The position numbers were made by a program, and so were the translations under genes. A stretch of 64,000 nucleotides of DNA, taken from NCBI GenBank assembly GCA_965552055.1, contig CBEVQO010000001.1, positions 224,001 to 288,000 of the forward strand, in the 5' to 3' direction. Positions within the stretch are counted from its first letter, which is position 1, and every line of letters begins with the position of its first letter. Of the stretch, positions 40,324-50,044 are shown in pieces. The stretch is from an uncultured bacterium (GTDB lineage: Bacteria; Hydrothermota; UBA3073; NMUJ01; CBEVQO01). The notes beneath the pieces were generated by a model. It did no database searches. It had not been told where the DNA came from and was given only the letters and a program-made list of their open reading frames with translations.

Positions 40324-41851
40324 CTTTCTTCCTCCATCTTATTAAGCTTACCGTTTTTCTCCCAATAATAATATCTTTTGCCTCATAAATACTTATTCCA
40401 TTTCTAGACTCAGGAATTCCTTCTTTTTCAATAGTCCATCCATAATCTTTAAAAAGATTATAAATAATATAATCTCTAATAAGCCAATATTTTTCTTGTA
40501 ATTTAATCTCATCGTTCTCTTTTCTAAACACTTTCGGCTCATTTTCTGTCAAAAATTCAATTTTTCTTTTTATTTCCGCTAATTGATTATTTTTATTAGC
40601 ATATTCTTCTAATCTCTTTTCATTAATCCCTAAAGGTTTATTTAATCCTTTTAAGCCCATAATCATTTCTCTAACAAAAATTTCATGCTCATGCATTTTT
40701 CTATACCATCTTATAGGTAAAATGCCTGCTTCTATTCTTGCTTTATATTCTTCATATTCTGCAGCATTTTCAAAAATATAGCCATTGTAGTATTGATAAA
40801 TCCCTATTCCAATACCTATATTTCCGAGCGCACGGATCTTATATTCTTCATACTTAGTATAATTCTCTGGTTTTTTAACATACCAGTCTCCACTCCAATT
40901 TTGATAACCATTTTGTGTTAATTTTTCATGGATAAAAATTTTCGCTTTTATAAATCCATCTTCTGATAAGAAATCTTCTTTTCGGTATGTTTTTAATAAA
41001 ATTTCTCTATCCTTTTTGCGAGGAGCAAACCAAAGCTGATACCATGTGATGGAAGGCGGTCCTATTTCTAAAATTTTGTTAACATCCTCTCTAATAATTT
41101 CTGAATCTTGCTTAGGTAAACCATAAATCATATCTAAATTCCAATTGTTAAATTCATATTCCTCTATCCATTTAATTGTTTGCTCATAATTTTTGTTTGA
41201 CCTTCCCATTTCCTCCAACACATTCTTATTAAAAGTTTGAATACCAAAGCTCAAGCGTGATACTCCATATTTTTTCATAATTTCAAATTTCTTCTCGTTC
41301 ATAGTTTCTGGATGCAATTCCATTGCAATTTCTAAACCAGTTTTATTTATTTTTTTTCTTAGAGGCTCCACAATTTCTTCGAATAATTGTTTTAAATATT
41401 CTTCATCCAAAGCCGAAGGTGTTCCTCCACCGATATAAATTGATGTGATTTTATCCCAGTATTTAAAATATTCACTAAGTATTTCGAGTTCTTTCTTCAG
41501 TAGGTCAATATACTTTTTTTGAGTAGGATAATTTCCTTTTCTTTCTTTTCTCTCTTTTCTTTCTTCAGCTAGACTCCATTTTATAAAATAACAATATTTA
41601 CATTTTCGAGCACAAAATGGAATATGAATATAAAATGTTGTCTCTTGCGGTTTACTAAATATTTTCTCATATTCAAATGGCTCGAATTCTTTTTCGCCGA
41701 GTCGCTTTATTTGTGTTAACGGACCTACCGGAATATGAGAAAAAACAAAATCATATTCAAAAGGGCTGAAAGTGAAGCCCAGTTTCCTTAATTCATCGAT
41801 TTTTCGCTCCTTAAATTTATCTTCAATCTCTTTAGGCCAATTTTCTTTCAT
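40301..41851 (-). CDS. HemN-like radical SAM enzyme
   Basis: YIHIPFCARKCKYC (CxxxCxxC), YIGGGTPS, RLSFGIQTF, DMIYGLP; ATGA overlap with the upstream gene. Confidence 0.88.
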   Translation of the reverse strand: MKENWPKEIEDKFKERKIDELRKLGFTFSPFEYDFVFSHIPVGPLTQIKRLGEKEFEPFEYEKIFSKPQETTFYIHIPFCARKCKYCYFIKWSLAEERKERKERKGNYPTQKKYIDLLKKELEILSEYFKYWDKITSIYIGGGTPSALDEEYLKQLFEEIVEPLRKKINKTGLEIAMELHPETMNEKKFEIMKKYGVSRLSFGIQTFNKNVLEEMGRSNKNYEQTIKWIEEYEFNNWNLDMIYGLPKQDSEIIREDVNKILEIGPPSITWYQLWFAPRKKDREILLKTYRKEDFLSEDGFIKAKIFIHEKLTQNGYQNWSGDWYVKKPENYTKYEEYKIRALGNIGIGIGIYQYYNGYIFENAAEYEEYKARIEAGILPIRWYRKMHEHEIFVREMIMGLKGLNKPLGINEKRLEEYANKNNQLAEIKRKIEFLTENEPKVFRKENDEIKLQEKYWLIRDYIIYNLFKDYGWTIEKEGIPESRNGISIYEAKDIIIGRKTVSLIRWRKKDGRVSVY

Positions 41852-42951
41852 TTTACATGTACCCATTTACCTTTAGAGAATTCCTTTATTGCCAAATGAT
41901 AAAACACATTGCCATTCTTTTGAATTGAAAGTACTCCTAAAAGAGACGGATAATTTTTTACATTTTCTTTTGCTTTTTTAATGATATCTTTTCCTTTGGC
42001 ATTTATCGGTAAAGACTGCATTACCTTTTCTATTATTTTAGCAATTTCGTAAGCCATTAGAGCATCTAAATCCGGTTCTTTTTTAAATTTTTTATAATAT
42101 CTTTCTCTAAATGTAACATATTTTTTGGCATTTTTATCTATATTGAAATCGAGTGCATATACCCCTTCCATTGCTTCACCGGCTGTATTTATTACCTTAG
42201 GATACGCTATCTCGAAAGACCCTATAATAATTCCTTCGAATTTATTTTCTTTTAACGACTTTATTAAATTCCCCAGCACACTTCCATAACCTATAAGGAC
42301 AACCGCTGCTGGCCTGAAAGAAAGAGCTTTCGTGACTACTGACCTTATATCTGCTTTTTCTTTAGAGAAACTCACTTTTTTAATCTTATTATCTGTTAAT
42401 TTCTCAAATTCTTTTAAGAAACCCAATCCAAAGTCATCGTTTATATAAACTACACAAATCTCATTATATTTGATATTTCTTAGGGACAAAAATTTTAGTA
42501 TTTCTTTTGCTTGATTCTCCGGCGTAGGAATAAATTTAATAATATTATCGTTGTCCTCCGTTAACCCCGGAGCAGCAGCTATTGCAAATAATGCTTTATT
42601 ATCTTTTATTATAAGAGGCTTTAATGCATTACACACACTACTCATACACCCTATTATTATAGAAATATTCTTCGGTACAATAAATTGATGGTAGATTGAA
42701 AGTGCAGTTTTAGGATCGTTTTTACTATCATAAATAAATAACTCACATTTTAAAGGTGTCTTTTCCTTCCAAATTAGAATACCGTTTCTGTTACTTTCTC
42801 CAAATTCCGCAGCACTCCCCGTCAGTGGCAATATTGCTCCTATTTTTATTACTTTTTCTTCTTTCTTGCAGGATGTGAGCGTAAATGAAACAAGAAGAGC
42901 ACCTACCATTAATCCCGCCAATATCTTTTTTATTACACTCATACCTTTCAT
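41848..42951 (-). CDS. LivK-like ABC substrate-binding lipoprotein
   Basis: Lipobox LTSC, IKIGAILPLTG, DSKNDP, NDDFG; SD GGAGG before ATG 42951. Confidence 0.88.
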   Translation of the reverse strand: MKGMSVIKKILAGLMVGALLVSFTLTSCKKEEKVIKIGAILPLTGSAAEFGESNRNGILIWKEKTPLKCELFIYDSKNDPKTALSIYHQFIVPKNISIIIGCMSSVCNALKPLIIKDNKALFAIAAAPGLTEDNDNIIKFIPTPENQAKEILKFLSLRNIKYNEICVVYINDDFGLGFLKEFEKLTDNKIKKVSFSKEKADIRSVVTKALSFRPAAVVLIGYGSVLGNLIKSLKENKFEGIIIGSFEIAYPKVINTAGEAMEGVYALDFNIDKNAKKYVTFRERYYKKFKKEPDLDALMAYEIAKIIEKVMQSLPINAKGKDIIKKAKENVKNYPSLLGVLSIQKNGNVFYHLAIKEFSKGKWVHVK

Positions 42952-43123
42952 TTTACACCTCCCGTTTTTTATCTTTAATTCACCCATACCCTCATTAATA
43001 ATATACAAACTCCGTGACTTTGTCAATAATTTTTTAAAATTCATAATCCATTGCCTTTTCTTCAAAAATATACCCTGCTCTCCTTTCATATCCTCAAATT
43101 TTGTGCGATATCCGCACATTGTT

Positions 43124-43246
43124 CTAAAAACGCACACTCCTTATTGTTTTTATCAGAAATTTAACAAATGCCAGAATAATGCAAATACACACCACTATTA
43201 TACAAAACAATATCACAATTTTGATTATGACCTTCAGCATCCACAT
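43124..43246 (-). CDS. Small single-transmembrane peptide (40 aa)
   Basis: MWMLKVIIKIVILFCIIVVCICIILAFVKFLIKTIRSVRF*; ATG 5 nt after TTGACA-N15-TAAATT. Confidence 0.5.
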   Translation of the reverse strand: MWMLKVIIKIVILFCIIVVCICIILAFVKFLIKTIRSVRF

Positions 43247-43323
43247 CTTTAAATTTAGTGATAATTGAAAATTGTCAATAAAATTTGTTGACATTGTCGC
43301 ATTTTCGTTAAAGTAAAAGAAAA

Positions 43324-44817
43324 ATGCTTTTATTTTGTATTTTGCTATATATTTCGCAACATTATATGACAGGTCAAAAATATTTCTTCATTTACAAAAA
43401 CTATGAAAAAGCATTAATTGAGTTTCACAAAGCCCTCGATGAATCTTCATATGAGCTCAAAGGTGAAATCTTTCACTTTATAGGACTCTGCCATTTTTAT
43501 CTAAAACATTATGATAGTGCAATTGTGAATTTCAGCAAAACAATCGAGTATAATAAAGGTTGCGCAAGCGCTTACGCATATAGAGCAATTTGTTATTATC
43601 ACTTAAATGAAATTGAAAAAGCCAAAAATGACATTGATAAAGCTTTGAAAATGAAAAAAGTCCCTGTTTATTTCTATTTCAAAGGATTAATTTACGAAAA
43701 AATGAAAAATTATAAAGAAGCTCTGGACGCTTACAAAAATTATATTGATATGGAACCTTATGGTGAATATTGTGAAGAAGCCAGAAGAAGATTAAAGTGC
43801 ATTTTTGCAAAAATTAAAGAAGATAAAAAACCTCCAGAAATAATAATAACTTCGCAGTGGTATAATCCTCTAAAAAATGTTTACAGGATAAAATCGGATT
43901 CAATCCTTTTAGAAGGGTATGCCAAGGATGAGTCAGGGATAGATTATGTTATCATAAATGGTGAAAAGACAGGTGCCTCATTTAAAAAAGTTTTTCATAT
44001 TGATAACAAACTTACGATCTTTATAAAAGCAGTGGACAAAGCAGGAAATCAAAGTTTTAAAAAGTTAACCATAATAAAGGAGAAAGAAGGGAAAACAATT
44101 GATTTATGGCTATTCGCTATTGGCATCTCAAAGTATGCCAACCCTCATTACAATCTATTGGCGCCTGAAAATGATGTCAGAGAAATTGTGAAAATATTTA
44201 AATCAGAAACTTTGCTGTTTACGGAAGTTTTTGTAGAAACCTTATTAAACGAGAATGCGAATAGAAAAAATGTCTTAAGAAAAATGAAAGAATTTTTAAG
44301 TTCGGCTGGCGACGAAGATATTATTATTTTCTTCTTCTCTGGACATGGAGCGCGTTCAGGTAACCGAAGCGCTATGCAACTTTATGATGATTTATTAACC
44401 GCAGATGATATACAAAATGTTTTACAGAAATTATCATTTATTCCCCAGAAATGGATTTTCTTACTTGATTGTTGCTTCTCCGGCTGGATAATAAAAAGCA
44501 CGGAAGAAACAGAAGGAATAGTTGAAGAACTTATGGAAAGAATAACTGAATGTAAATTCAGATGTGTGCTTGCATCATCAAAACCAAATCAGATTTCAGT
44601 GTCACTGGGAAAACATGGTGCCTTTACTCTGGCACTTATTAAAGGACTTAAAGGCGAAGCAGATGAAGATAAAGATGGTATAATTACGATTCACGAATTG
44701 TGCAGATATGTATCTTATAAAGTGCCCATAATCACTCATGGATTACAGGAGCCTTATTTTAACATAAAGATTACAGGGACACAGATTGATGTCCCGATTT
44801 ATACTGTTAAATATTAA
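43324..44817 (+). CDS. TPR + Ig-like + caspase (peptidase C14) protein
   Basis: TPR repeats; AIGISKY, FSGHG and LDCCFSG catalytic dyad; HGAFT; QEP. Confidence 0.88.
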   Translation: MLLFCILLYISQHYMTGQKYFFIYKNYEKALIEFHKALDESSYELKGEIFHFIGLCHFYLKHYDSAIVNFSKTIEYNKGCASAYAYRAICYYHLNEIEKAKNDIDKALKMKKVPVYFYFKGLIYEKMKNYKEALDAYKNYIDMEPYGEYCEEARRRLKCIFAKIKEDKKPPEIIITSQWYNPLKNVYRIKSDSILLEGYAKDESGIDYVIINGEKTGASFKKVFHIDNKLTIFIKAVDKAGNQSFKKLTIIKEKEGKTIDLWLFAIGISKYANPHYNLLAPENDVREIVKIFKSETLLFTEVFVETLLNENANRKNVLRKMKEFLSSAGDEDIIIFFFSGHGARSGNRSAMQLYDDLLTADDIQNVLQKLSFIPQKWIFLLDCCFSGWIIKSTEETEGIVEELMERITECKFRCVLASSKPNQISVSLGKHGAFTLALIKGLKGEADEDKDGIITIHELCRYVSYKVPIITHGLQEPYFNIKITGTQIDVPIYTVKY

Positions 44818-47534
44818 ACTTTGACGCCCGCTTCTTTTAATTTGATTTGTATCATCGCTTTGACTCTTTCAGGTAAAGGATGCCAGTCAAATCCGTACTT
44901 TTGTTTATGTTCTTCCGCCCTCATTCGCAACTCCTTTTCTGTACCTTCTTCTTTATGAAGGTCGAAATATTCTTTTAACTCGTCTATATCCATTCCATTT
45001 ATTTTTTCTTCCAGTTTTTTCATTAAATCATCGTAAAAATTTCTTGCTTGCCTTATGAAATTTCCTTTGCCCTGTATTCTTCTTCCATCAAATTCGTACC
45101 AGTTACGGCTCCTCTTTACCACTCCTATTTCTATAAGAGTCCACAATAAATTTTCATCCACTTGTGCCAGACTCGGTAATATTTCGCGCATATTTGCCAC
45201 TATTTCTCTATCCATGACATCAAAATAGGAAGTCAAAGGCTCTAAAGGTTTGAATTTTTTTGCCTTAATCTCACTTTCGATTATTTCCATTGATTCTACT
45301 CTTTTTTCCCAATATGAATTAAAGTACTTCTCTAATTTCTCTTGTCCAAGCATTTCTATCTCTACACAAAATGTAAAATTGATAAACACCGCTCGATCTG
45401 TAATCCCTTCCTCTTGTTGTTCTTCAATTATATTATTTATCCTTCCTCCTGCCATTCTCTTTATATCCTGATTACCTGTTATCAAAAATTGTTCTTTGCG
45501 CGCACCTTGAGAGGTAAGCAAAAGTAAAGGGTCACTAACTCTATCGCAAATCTTACTTATCAGTTCGTTCATTTCTTTAGGATTTATTATTTTTTCTCTT
45601 ATAAGATCAGAAAGCGAAATATTTATGCTATCTATTTCTTTTTGTGCTCTCTCTTTCAACCATTGCTCACATTGTTGGGGTTCGTTCAGGAAAGTTTCTA
45701 AACTTTCACAAAAATCTCTCTTAATATCCTCGATTCTTCCTCTTATCTTTTTATTGAATATTTCTCTCAAATTAGCATCGCTCACTCCTATATATCTGAC
45801 ATTTTCGGCACGCAACATCTTTTCCCTCGCTCTTCCTCTTTCTAAATCGCATCTCTCTTTAATACTCCTTAACTTCGATTCTAATCTTCTATACTTTTCA
45901 CTTATAGGTGCTATTTCTTCCATTATTCTGCCCATCATTATATCGTATACTTCTTTACTTACCCGAGCTTCCAGACAATTTTGATGATATTGCTGTAATC
46001 TTCTGACAAAACTGGGGGCATATTTTTTAATTATTCTTCCTTTGAATAGTGTCTTCCTGCATTCCATAGCGATATTCGTGCGCATTCTTTCTAAGTCCTT
46101 TCTTTCTTGATGCACCCTTGGTTGTTTCCCTGAAAAATAATCCTGATACCTTCTTAAATATTCATTCGCTTTCTGCTCAAATCTTGCATGACATTCATTT
46201 AAAAATCTCAAAATGTCAGAAAGTGACCTATTACATATATTTAAAAAGCGACCTCTTATTTGGTTTATCACCTCATTCGCAATTTCATCCAATTCACTTT
46301 CTATTCTCCTCAATTGGTTCACAATATCCGAATTTACCTGTCTATAAACCTTTTCCATATCTGCTATTCCTTTTATTTCTCTTGAAGTAACAGCCGGAAT
46401 GGAAATCCTTTGGAATATTTCTTCAAACCTGTTTATAAAATTGTTAATTTCATTCTCATATGAAGTCGCTGTATCCGAAAGCAAATTTTCTATTGTTTTT
46501 ATTAAAAGTTCAAATTTAAGCCATTCATCTACCTCTTTTTTTGGATACTCAATTACTTCCGAATAAATCCCTCCCAATCTTTTCGAATAATCTATTGTGA
46601 TATCGCGATTTATCTGTGCATAAATTTGACCAAGTGAATCTTCGAGACCTGTGAGTAGCCGATAGATGACTTCAGAGATTATACCAAGGGCCGACAATCT
46701 TCTTCCTCCGAGGTCTACTTTGTTGTTAGAATTATCAAGTATAAACATAGTATGAAACAAAGGAGATGTAAAAACTCGAATGTTACCTCCTCCATAATCC
46801 ACCTGCCATGTTACATTTCTATTTCTATGAAAATAATTTACGTCTTTTAAAAATGCATAAAAATTGCCGATTGCACATTTTTCATCTTCTGTATATTCAA
46901 GACTTCCAGATAGAACTTCCGGCGCTATTATGAAAACCTTTAAGTAGTCAGGACCCACTTTATCACTTATCAGTCCAATTACATCAAGCAGAAGTCCACT
47001 GCCTGTTCCTCCGGATGCCGATGCAATGATACATACCATTTTTTTGCCATCAGAAACAGGAGCATTTGTTCTGGTTATATAGTTAGCAATAGTCTTTCGG
47101 TCAAAAACATGATCAATTTTTCTTTTTATTCCATCATTTACATTTTTAAAATTAAGGAATAAAGCAAGACGCCCTGCCTGACGAACCTGACCGACTCCTC
47201 CTCTCCTGGTTTCGTATGAAGGAACATAACCAGAAAACCACTTCGCAATGTGTCTTTCCTCACCTCGATGAACCCGGTTAATAATTTCCTCAACCTGTTG
47301 TTTATTTAAAACTGCCTGGATTGTGTCTATCGAAATTTCTCTTAAAAATTCGGGCTCGTCTATTTCCTGTTCAGAAGAAGTATCAATATGCAAAATGTCA
47401 ATAATGTCGGGCAATCCCGTTTCTCTGTTTAAATATTTCTCCGGAATGCGCTTCTGAATAAGATATTTCAAATATTTGCCCCCAAGCTTGCCTGTCCCCC
47501 CAAGCCCTACCACTAAAGTGGGAACCAATTTCAT
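44814..47534 (-). CDS. Tubulin/FtsZ-like GTPase (Tubulin_2-like) with long helical extension
   Basis: VVGLGGTG, GVGQVRQAGRL, SASGGTGSG. Confidence 0.85.
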   Translation of the reverse strand: MKLVPTLVVGLGGTGKLGGKYLKYLIQKRIPEKYLNRETGLPDIIDILHIDTSSEQEIDEPEFLREISIDTIQAVLNKQQVEEIINRVHRGEERHIAKWFSGYVPSYETRRGGVGQVRQAGRLALFLNFKNVNDGIKRKIDHVFDRKTIANYITRTNAPVSDGKKMVCIIASASGGTGSGLLLDVIGLISDKVGPDYLKVFIIAPEVLSGSLEYTEDEKCAIGNFYAFLKDVNYFHRNRNVTWQVDYGGGNIRVFTSPLFHTMFILDNSNNKVDLGGRRLSALGIISEVIYRLLTGLEDSLGQIYAQINRDITIDYSKRLGGIYSEVIEYPKKEVDEWLKFELLIKTIENLLSDTATSYENEINNFINRFEEIFQRISIPAVTSREIKGIADMEKVYRQVNSDIVNQLRRIESELDEIANEVINQIRGRFLNICNRSLSDILRFLNECHARFEQKANEYLRRYQDYFSGKQPRVHQERKDLERMRTNIAMECRKTLFKGRIIKKYAPSFVRRLQQYHQNCLEARVSKEVYDIMMGRIMEEIAPISEKYRRLESKLRSIKERCDLERGRAREKMLRAENVRYIGVSDANLREIFNKKIRGRIEDIKRDFCESLETFLNEPQQCEQWLKERAQKEIDSINISLSDLIREKIINPKEMNELISKICDRVSDPLLLLTSQGARKEQFLITGNQDIKRMAGGRINNIIEEQQEEGITDRAVFINFTFCVEIEMLGQEKLEKYFNSYWEKRVESMEIIESEIKAKKFKPLEPLTSYFDVMDREIVANMREILPSLAQVDENLLWTLIEIGVVKRSRNWYEFDGRRIQGKGNFIRQARNFYDDLMKKLEEKINGMDIDELKEYFDLHKEEGTEKELRMRAEEHKQKYGFDWHPLPERVKAMIQIKLKEAGVKV

Positions 47535-48877
47535 GTTCCCTCCTCCTTCTCCTCCTCTAAAATTGATATGCTAATCCTACCTCTTACCGGGTCCACAACT
47601 GTTATCTCAAACTTATATCTGTTAAATTCTATTAATTTAGGATTGGTATCCCTTATTTCTATTTTATCTGTCTCCCGACCTTCATACCTCATTGCAGCTC
47701 CTTCACCCGAACTCACTTCAAAATAATGCTCAAATTTTTCTTCGTCAAGAAAATGCCAGATCGTAAAAGAAATCTTTTCGGGAATATTCCCCATAAATTG
47801 ACATCTTCTACCTGATTCAAATATACGGCATTTCCCTTCGGGTATCACAACTTCAATGTAATTTTTAGTTTCCCTGCTTTTACATATTCCACTGTAAACC
47901 ACAAAAATCACAATAACACCTGCAATAGCAAATAATACCCATATAGGGAAAGGTCGCTTACACAAAATTAATATTTGACCATCAGGTGGCTCGACTTCCA
48001 GCCTCACATTTTCCGCATTAAATGAGATACCAAGTTTGTACACACCCGTGTGTTTAAATCCTTTTAAGCGCAAAACAAATTCTTTTTCTTCTTTTTTACC
48101 AGTGCATATAAATGTATTCGGATAAATCTCAACTTCTGTTCCTTCGGGCAAATTTCCTTTCCATGATAAAAACACTTTCTTATTTTTCGATTTCCATGCC
48201 TCTCTTATCAAAATTTTAAATTTCCTTTCTACCAAACCTGCAGTCGGGTGTATTTTTATTTTCCTTGTTAATAATTTAATCTGAATAAAAGGAGGTATTC
48301 CTCCTGCCTGTGGTGGTATGTTATCCATTATTTCTGCGTGCGTCTGACTGGCAAACTCTTTAAGTCCCGGATGCTGAACTTTGCTCCCGTATTTTATAAG
48401 GTAAATGTAAGGTTTCACAAGCTGGAAATTTTCTTTGTAATATTTAATGATATCAGATGCAGTTACACTGGGAGACGCATTACCATAATCCGGCTCGCCA
48501 TCTGTCAAAATATATAACCTACATTCCCTGTCAGGATATGCCTGATAAAGCTCTTTTAGCCTTTTCAACGCAAGGTCTATCGCTTCCCACATCCTCGTAT
48601 AGCGCTGATTGAACTTCAAAGCGTCAATTTTTCTGCAAATCAAAGGTTTATTCTCATCGCTTATCACTTCATTGATGAATTCTTCATAAGAATCTCCAAA
48701 TTTTATTATTACTATTTTTTCGCCATTCTGTCGTGACAAAATATAATTTTTGAGGTCGCGCTTCACCAGGTAATCGAGTTTGCGCTGATGCATACTGCCC
48801 GATACATCCACAAGGAAAATATAATTTTGAAAATATGTTAACTTTTGCATGATAACTGCAAGTAAAATTATCCACAT
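47531..48877 (-). CDS. Membrane-anchored vWA domain protein
   Basis: DVSGS, T, LTDG MIDAS; N-terminal signal; transmembrane helix FPIWVLFAIAGVIVIFVVY; ATGA overlap with the tubulin-like gene. Confidence 0.85.
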   Translation of the reverse strand: MWIILLAVIMQKLTYFQNYIFLVDVSGSMHQRKLDYLVKRDLKNYILSRQNGEKIVIIKFGDSYEEFINEVISDENKPLICRKIDALKFNQRYTRMWEAIDLALKRLKELYQAYPDRECRLYILTDGEPDYGNASPSVTASDIIKYYKENFQLVKPYIYLIKYGSKVQHPGLKEFASQTHAEIMDNIPPQAGGIPPFIQIKLLTRKIKIHPTAGLVERKFKILIREAWKSKNKKVFLSWKGNLPEGTEVEIYPNTFICTGKKEEKEFVLRLKGFKHTGVYKLGISFNAENVRLEVEPPDGQILILCKRPFPIWVLFAIAGVIVIFVVYSGICKSRETKNYIEVVIPEGKCRIFESGRRCQFMGNIPEKISFTIWHFLDEEKFEHYFEVSSGEGAAMRYEGRETDKIEIRDTNPKLIEFNRYKFEITVVDPVRGRISISILEEEKEEGT

Positions 48878-49003
48878 ATTCCCTCCTTTTTTAAATTATC
48901 ATACAAATTTTTCTTCATCTCTGTAAATTATAGAAAAAGCATCAAAATGTCAATAAAAAATTTAAAATTTTATTTAATGAGCCTTTTAAATTTAATAACA
49001 TCT

Positions 49004-50044
49004 TTAATTTTCACAAATCTTACCATCATCTATCCACACATGCAATATTCCTTTATTTTGTGCCCATTGTTTCCACTTTGCAAAATTACTTTCTATATCA
49101 TTATTTATGATCTCTTCTTCCGCTTTTTCTTTTAACTTGTTAAATTTATCAAACATCTCCCCTGTAATTATCCTTTTTCCGCCATTTACTATTCGAAGAA
49201 AATCTGCTTTAAATAATTTCGTTTTTAAATCTTTGATTAATGGCTTCTCTTTTTCCATTTCATCAATCGTTACATATCCTCCTGTCTGATTCAATTTACT
49301 TTTTATATATCTAAAAAGTTCACTGATATCAAAAAAGAGCGGGGGAAATTCATACCAGCCCGGAGGTGGCACAGAAATATGCTTTTCCCTAAAATCATAT
49401 AAATTTAAATCAGAGGGATGTAAATATTGTATTTTTTCTTCAAAAACATAATACAATCTGGTTGAAGCAAGAGTAAAAGCCTCTGCAAGAAGCAGCGAAA
49501 GATTTATTTGATTGGAACCTCCTATCATATTCAACCATACTTCCTTCCTTTTTAAACCACATAAAGTTATGTAAACTTTCTCAAAACAATCATCAAAATC
49601 TTTGTAATTCACTTCTATTCCATAAAAATATTTTAATCCATAAGAATTATTTCCAAAATAAAATAAAAATTCGTCAATTTTTTCATTTACTCTCGAATTC
49701 TTTGATTTCTTTTTAAGTTCCATCAAAAGATTTTTAATTTCTTCGCTTAATCTTCGCAGGTATTCGAGAATAATGTGCGGGATGCTTTTTTGCAGTTGTG
49801 TCTTAAATAAATTATCGGTGATATTGCGAGGCGGCTCGGCTCCACTTAAGACTTCTTTGGAAGAAAAAATTATTAGACCTTCTACTTTCCCTTTTACTTT
49901 CTCACTCTCTTCTCCTGATTTAGCAAAAAATTTTAATGCTTTTTCATCTGTTATTGATTGCAACAATAATTTATATACATAAGTTAAAGGAACTGTTACA
50001 GCACCTGGATTTAATCCCAGGCCACTTACATGAAAAACTCCCAT
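49004..50044 (-). CDS. Divergent CARF protein with probable wHTH
   Basis: HVSGLGLNPGAVT, VWLNMIGGSNQIN, RLYYV; last gene of the csm operon. Confidence 0.7.
   Translation of the reverse strand: MGVFHVSGLGLNPGAVTVPLTYVYKLLLQSITDEKALKFFAKSGEESEKVKGKVEGLIIFSSKEVLSGAEPPRNITDNLFKTQLQKSIPHIILEYLRRLSEEIKNLLMELKKKSKNSRVNEKIDEFLFYFGNNSYGLKYFYGIEVNYKDFDDCFEKVYITLCGLKRKEVWLNMIGGSNQINLSLLLAEAFTLASTRLYYVFEEKIQYLHPSDLNLYDFREKHISVPPPGWYEFPPLFFDISELFRYIKSKLNQTGGYVTIDEMEKEKPLIKDLKTKLFKADFLRIVNGGKRIITGEMFDKFNKLKEKAEEEIINNDIESNFAKWKQWAQNKGILHVWIDDGKICEN

Noticed and set aside
42952..43137. 62 aa N-terminal extension of the LivK-like ORF
   Set aside because: It contains a promoter; the SD and lipoprotein signal fit ATG 42951.
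44814..47534. ftsZ cell-division gene
   Set aside because: 906 aa, GGTGSG variant, vWA partner and no dcw cluster.
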